Source: an uncultured delta proteobacterium
GTDB taxonomy: Bacteria; Myxococcota_A; Polyangia; Polyangiales; Polyangiaceae
Assembly (NCBI GenBank): GCA_963782055.1
Contig: CAWAIF010000003.1
Location: 5,472,001-5,536,000, forward strand
DNA: 64,000 nucleotides
Direction: 5' to 3'
Both the position numbers and the translations under genes were made by a program. Below, in pieces: positions 59,909 to 64,000 of this stretch (within the stretch, counting starts at the first letter, position 1; the number at the start of each line of letters is the position of its first letter). The notes under the pieces were generated by a model. It saw only the letters and a list, made by a program, of their open reading frames with translations, was not told the origin of the DNA and made no database searches.

Positions 59909-60403
59909 TCAGCGGACGCAGCGGACGTAATACTTCCCGGTGTCTCCCAGCGCGGCGACGCTCCCCGAGCTGAAGTCGACGACGAGCACCTGGCTGGTGC
60001 TACCGACGTAGCTGACGGACACGAAGGACCCCGGCGGCGTCCCGACGAAGGCGTTGGGATCGATGAAGCGGTCGGACTCCTTCTGCGCGAGCGGGTCGTA
60101 CTCCGCGTGCGGGTTCTCGTCGACGAGCGTCAGCAGCTCCTTGTACGTGGGCACCCGCCACGGGCTGGTGGGGTTCCCGACGTTGAGCTGGTCGCAGTAC
60201 GCGACGGCGCCGCTGACGTCCACGAGCTTGCTCGCGTCCACACGGCGCTGCCACGTGAGCCCGGTCTTGGTGTCGTGGATGGTCTGATCGTTGATGTTGA
60301 AGGTCTGGTAGTGGCCAGGCGGCGCGCTCGCGATGGCCGGCGAGACGGCGAGCGCGGAGAGCGCGGCGGCGGCGACGACGGGGAGAGCTCGGCGCGCGCT
60401 CAT
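59909..60403 (-). CDS. DUF1566/Lcl-domain secreted protein
   Basis: 'DTKTGLTWQR', 'WRVPTYKELLTL', 'VRCVR'. Confidence 0.9.
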   Translation of the reverse strand: MSARRALPVVAAAALSALAVSPAIASAPPGHYQTFNINDQTIHDTKTGLTWQRRVDASKLVDVSGAVAYCDQLNVGNPTSPWRVPTYKELLTLVDENPHAEYDPLAQKESDRFIDPNAFVGTPPGSFVSVSYVGSTSQVLVVDFSSGSVAALGDTGKYYVRCVR

Positions 60404-61098
60404 TGGGCCCTCACGCACTCGACGTAGGCGCTCGTGCTCTTCTGCTCGTCCTGCTGCTGGTCCAGGCCCGCGTTGGCGAAGTTGACCATCCAGAAGGAGG
60501 GCGGGATGGCCTTGACGGGACGCACGACCGAAGCCGTCCAGTAAACACCGGCCGTCAGGGCGATCGGCGTCTGCACGTACGCCGCGCCCGCGTCGTTCAC
60601 GCCCCGGTTGTCGAGCAGGGTGATCAGCTCGATGCGGGTGGGCACCCGCCACTTGGTGCCGGCGTCGGCGCCGAGATCGTCGCAGAAGCCCTTCGCCGCC
60701 GCGAAGCTCTTGACGGGCGACTGCGAGCCCACCTGCCGCCAGAAGAGCTTGGTCACGTTGTCGAAGACCAGCCCTGCGTCGATCAACCCCGCGTTCTCGA
60801 AGTGGAGCGGGTACGCGGTCGCGTCCCACGCCGCGCCGGCGTCGAAGGGCGGGTTGGGCATCGGCCAGGCAGCCCAGCTCGTCGCCTCGGCCACGCCGTC
60901 GGGCAGCACGAAGGAGCCAGAGTCGTCGGCGTCGACGGTGGCGATCACGTCGACGCCGCCCTCGTCGCAGCCGGTGCCGGTGCAGTCGGGGGAGGCGTCC
61001 ACCTTCTCGTAGCGGTCGAGCCCCAGCACCTGCTGGCACGCCGGGAAGGCGGCGAGCAGGAGCGCAGCCCCGGCGGCGACGACCCACCTAGAACGCAC
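60400..61098 (-). CDS. DUF1566/Lcl-domain lipoprotein
   Basis: 'DNVTKLFW', 'WRVPTRIELITL', 'YWT', 'VECVR'. Confidence 0.88.
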   Translation of the reverse strand: MRSRWVVAAGAALLLAAFPACQQVLGLDRYEKVDASPDCTGTGCDEGGVDVIATVDADDSGSFVLPDGVAEATSWAAWPMPNPPFDAGAAWDATAYPLHFENAGLIDAGLVFDNVTKLFWRQVGSQSPVKSFAAAKGFCDDLGADAGTKWRVPTRIELITLLDNRGVNDAGAAYVQTPIALTAGVYWTASVVRPVKAIPPSFWMVNFANAGLDQQQDEQKSTSAYVECVRAQ

Positions 61099-62098
61099 CG
61101 TGCACCCCCAGCCACCCGGCGCCGACCTCCGGGGCGACGAAGGCCCCGCGCGGCTGCTCCACCACGGTCGTGGACTTCTTCGTCGTCACGATACCGATGA
61201 TCACCATCACCACGCCCGCGCCCGCCCCGATGAACCCGACCGTGGAGACGGCTGCCAGCGCGCGCGCGGCGTCGAGCTGATCCCACTGGTCCGGCGTGCA
61301 CTGATCCTGCGGGCAGTTCAGGCCGTTGCTCTTGGACACGGCGGCGAGACCGGCGCTCGCGCCGACGACCAGGCCGACCCCACCCACGACGAGGCCGGCA
61401 ATCGTCAGGCCGGAGACGCCGCCCCCCTTGTGGACCACCACCGGCGGCCCGCCCGCCGGCGGGGGCTTCGCCTTCTCCGGCGCGGCCGGCGGCGCGAGGG
61501 TGATCTGCCGGTTCTGCGACTCCGACAGGTCCACTGTCGTCGTCACCGTCTCGCCACCCTCCACGCGCGCGGTGATGAGATGCTTGCCCGGGTTGGCCTT
61601 GCGCGGCTCGTCCAGCGCTGCCCGCGGGACGTCCACGCCGTCGATGGTGACGACGGGGACGGCGCCGGGCTGGAGGCCGATCAGGTCGATCTTCAGCGCC
61701 GCGAGGCGCGGCCCGAGCTTCTGCGCCAGCTTCGCCGCGGCGACGCGCGCGTCGGCCGAGCGCTGCGTCTCGTCGCTCGCCACCGGGATGCGCGCGATGC
61801 CCAGACACACCTCGCGGGCCTCCACCAGCATGCCGAGCTGCACCTCCACCTCTGCCAGCTCCATGCCGGTGATGGGGGTCTGCCCGAGCGCGTGGGCCTT
61901 CTGCAGCTTCTCCAGCGCGCCCTTCAGATCGCCCTTCGCGCGGAGCTCCTTGCCCTCCTTGTAGAGGGCGCGCGCGGTCGCGAAGTCCTGGGCGGTCGGC
62001 TCGGCGGCCGAGGCGGGCGGCGCGGCGAGCGCGGGCCCGAGAGCACCGAGCGCACACGCCACGACGAGGGCGCGTGCGCTACCGGATGTCATCGTCAC
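61088..62098 (-). CDS. TPR/PEGA-type surface protein
   Basis: 'ARALYKEG', 'VTIDG', 'NPGKHLITA', C-terminal hydrophobic helices and 'GAF'. Confidence 0.8.
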   Translation of the reverse strand: MTMTSGSARALVVACALGALGPALAAPPASAAEPTAQDFATARALYKEGKELRAKGDLKGALEKLQKAHALGQTPITGMELAEVEVQLGMLVEAREVCLGIARIPVASDETQRSADARVAAAKLAQKLGPRLAALKIDLIGLQPGAVPVVTIDGVDVPRAALDEPRKANPGKHLITARVEGGETVTTTVDLSESQNRQITLAPPAAPEKAKPPPAGGPPVVVHKGGGVSGLTIAGLVVGGVGLVVGASAGLAAVSKSNGLNCPQDQCTPDQWDQLDAARALAAVSTVGFIGAGAGVVMVIIGIVTTKKSTTVVEQPRGAFVAPEVGAGWLGVHGAF

Positions 62099-63488
62099 TC
62101 CCGGTGCTGACCGGCGGCGCCGTGGCGGTGGGCTTCGTCGACGGGTGTGGCGCGGCGGACGCGCTCGCCGTGGTCGCGACGTGGGTGTGCACCACCACGT
62201 GGTGATGTGTCGGCGCGGGCGCTTCGGTGGCTGTGGCCGACGGCGCCGGTGTCAGCGAGACCAGCGGGGCGATCGGCGTGATGACCGTCGTCTCGGGCGC
62301 GGCCGGTGTGCCGGACGCGGTGTCGCCGGACGAGGCGGCGGGCTGGCCCGGGTCCGCCAGGGCGCGGTCGGGCGTGCCCTTGCGCGCGAAGGCGGCGATC
62401 GCCAGGCCGCCGCCGATGCCCAGCGCGATGAGGCCGGCGACGACGAGGGCGCGGCTCCGGCCAGGAGGAGGCTTGGTGGTGGCGACGCCGCCGTACGTGA
62501 GCACCCGCGCGTCGTGGGCGCTGACCGGCGGCACCGACGGCATGGGGTCCACCGCCGTCCTGGCGAGCGCCATCGCGTCCAGCGACGGCGGCGCGCTGGA
62601 GGGGGCGGAGATCGCCATCGCCGGGACCTGACCGGTGGCGGCGACCGTCAGCGCGTCGGCCATCTCCTTCGCGTTCTGGAAGCGGTCCTTCGCGTCGCGC
62701 GCGCACGCCCGCCCGAACCACTCGTCCACCGCGGCGGGGATGTTGGCGTTGAGGGTGCTCGGCTTGGGCAGCGGCTCGTTGTGGATCTTGAGGGCGAGGC
62801 CGCCGACGGTCTCGGCGTCGAAGGGCTTGATGCCGGTCATCGCCTCGAAGGCGACCACGCCGACGGACCAGAGGTCGGTGCGGTGATCGATGTCCTTGGA
62901 GCCGAGGAGCTGCTCGGGGCTCATGTAGTACGGCGAGCCGACGAGCGAGCCGGTCTTGGTGTCGCCGTCCAGCCGCTGCACGTCGGCGCCCTTGGCGATG
63001 CCGAAGTCCAGGAGCTTGACGAACAGGTCCCCGTCGCCCGCGTCGCACAGGAAGATGTTCTGCGGCTTGATGTCGCGGTGGACAATCCCGCTCTCGTGCG
63101 CGCGGACCAGCGCGCGGGAGAGCTGGGTGACGACGGCCGAGACCTCCCGCACGGGCATGCGGCCGTGAGCCTCCAGACGGCCGGCGAGATCCTGGCCCTC
63201 CAGCAGCTCCATCACGATGAAGGGGATGCCGTCCTCCATCACGCCGTGGTCGAGCATCTGCACGACGTGCGGGCTCTTCACCTGCGACGCCGCCGCCGCC
63301 TCACGCTCGAAGCGGGCAATCGCCTCGCTGTTGTCGGCGAGCTCGTCGGCGATGAACTTGACGACGACCTGCGTGTGTAGGGCAAGGTGCTCCGCGAGCC
63401 AGACACTGCCCATCCCACCGGCGCCGAGGGGCCGGACCAGCCGGAGCTTCGGCGTGACCATGAGGCCGGCAGTGAGTTGGTTGGGCAC
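62079..63488 (-). CDS. Membrane-anchored Ser/Thr protein kinase
   Basis: 'LGAGGMGSVW', 'HRDIKPQN', 'DFG', 'YMSPE', 'DLWSVG'; TM; Pro/Ala/Thr tail. Confidence 0.96.
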   Translation of the reverse strand: MPNQLTAGLMVTPKLRLVRPLGAGGMGSVWLAEHLALHTQVVVKFIADELADNSEAIARFEREAAAASQVKSPHVVQMLDHGVMEDGIPFIVMELLEGQDLAGRLEAHGRMPVREVSAVVTQLSRALVRAHESGIVHRDIKPQNIFLCDAGDGDLFVKLLDFGIAKGADVQRLDGDTKTGSLVGSPYYMSPEQLLGSKDIDHRTDLWSVGVVAFEAMTGIKPFDAETVGGLALKIHNEPLPKPSTLNANIPAAVDEWFGRACARDAKDRFQNAKEMADALTVAATGQVPAMAISAPSSAPPSLDAMALARTAVDPMPSVPPVSAHDARVLTYGGVATTKPPPGRSRALVVAGLIALGIGGGLAIAAFARKGTPDRALADPGQPAASSGDTASGTPAAPETTVITPIAPLVSLTPAPSATATEAPAPTHHHVVVHTHVATTASASAAPHPSTKPTATAPPVSTGSDDDIR

Positions 63489-63621
63489 TCCGCGTCGCTC
63501 CTGCACCCCGTGTGCCCGCCGAGACGCCGAGCGGCGGCCGCCGGCGAGCGGACCGGGCTCGCACAAGAATGCGTGAGTCGAGAAGCGGTGGCAAGGGCGC
63601 GCTGCGGGCCTCGACCCGGAC

Positions 63622-63637
63622 CGGCCCGCAGCTTGCT
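63622..63637 (+). promoter_or_regulatory. sigma54 promoter candidate
   Basis: CGGCCCGCAGCTTGCT, GG-N10-GC. Confidence 0.5.
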
Positions 63638-63670
63638 TTGAGAGTATACTCCTCGATCTGGGAGTGCTTC

Positions 63671-64000
63671 ATGTTCAAGATCCTGCGCGCTTACCTCCTC
63701 GCCTCGTTGCCACTCTGTGCCATCGCCTGCAGCGCCGCCGGGTCTCCGCAGGATGGGAGCGGGCCCACCACCAACACCCCCAGTGAGGACGCTGGCGCCC
63801 CCGATGCGCCGATCGGGAGCTTCAACGGCAACGAGAGCTACTGGCCGAAGGTGGTGCTCGTGAACGCCATGGTGAACGGGTCCTCGCTGCTCGGCGACCC
63901 GGCGATCCGCGTGTGCATCCCCGGCTACAACCACGCGCTGCCGGACGACGCGCCCATGCCGGAGTCGAGCTACGCGGGGGTGGAGCGCGGGCGCGGGGCG
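63671..64000 (+). CDS. Hypothetical lipoprotein (runs off the window edge)
   Basis: GGGAG RBS; MFKILRAYLLASLPLCAIAC; open to the end. Confidence 0.7.
   Translation, partial: MFKILRAYLLASLPLCAIACSAAGSPQDGSGPTTNTPSEDAGAPDAPIGSFNGNESYWPKVVLVNAMVNGSSLLGDPAIRVCIPGYNHALPDDAPMPESSYAGVERGRGA

Overview
A 64-kb, very GC-rich chromosomal window. MYXO-CTERM-type tails, Cys-rich 'DAG/DGG' lipoproteins and a Ser/Thr kinase-TPR/PEGA operon suggest a myxobacterium, probably Polyangiaceae-like (inference). Most of it is ordinary: ABC and EmrA/TolC efflux, MscS, VIT1, ALDH, fabH, fabI, acyl-CoA dehydrogenase plus APH kinase, a K+ channel, amt, pyrC-pyrB, an adenylate cyclase, a Rieske-FAD oxidoreductase and many secreted lipoproteins. 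There is one canonical tRNA-Arg(CCT). The best candidate for a new system is non-coding: three irregular tRNA-like genes. An 8/4-fold tRNA-Ser(CGA) and an atypical tRNA-Arg(CCG) flank an HNH endonuclease at 7.0-7.9 kb, and an atypical tRNA-Cys(GCA) lies at 15.9 kb. The two loci share a 19-bp upstream motif (17/19 identical), and their D-loop/T-loop changes appear to co-vary. Other highlights: (i) an intact IS110 element whose bridge-RNA guides can be read against its own ends and flanks; (ii) a chimeric tandem duplication (pyrB 3' end fused to an RMD1 fragment) around an orphan LysR gene; (iii) a 32-bp palindromic element present twice; (iv) many -10 or sigma54 boxes spaced for leaderless mRNAs; (v) two single-base frameshifts that may be sequencing errors. 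All calls were made by eye, with no database searches.
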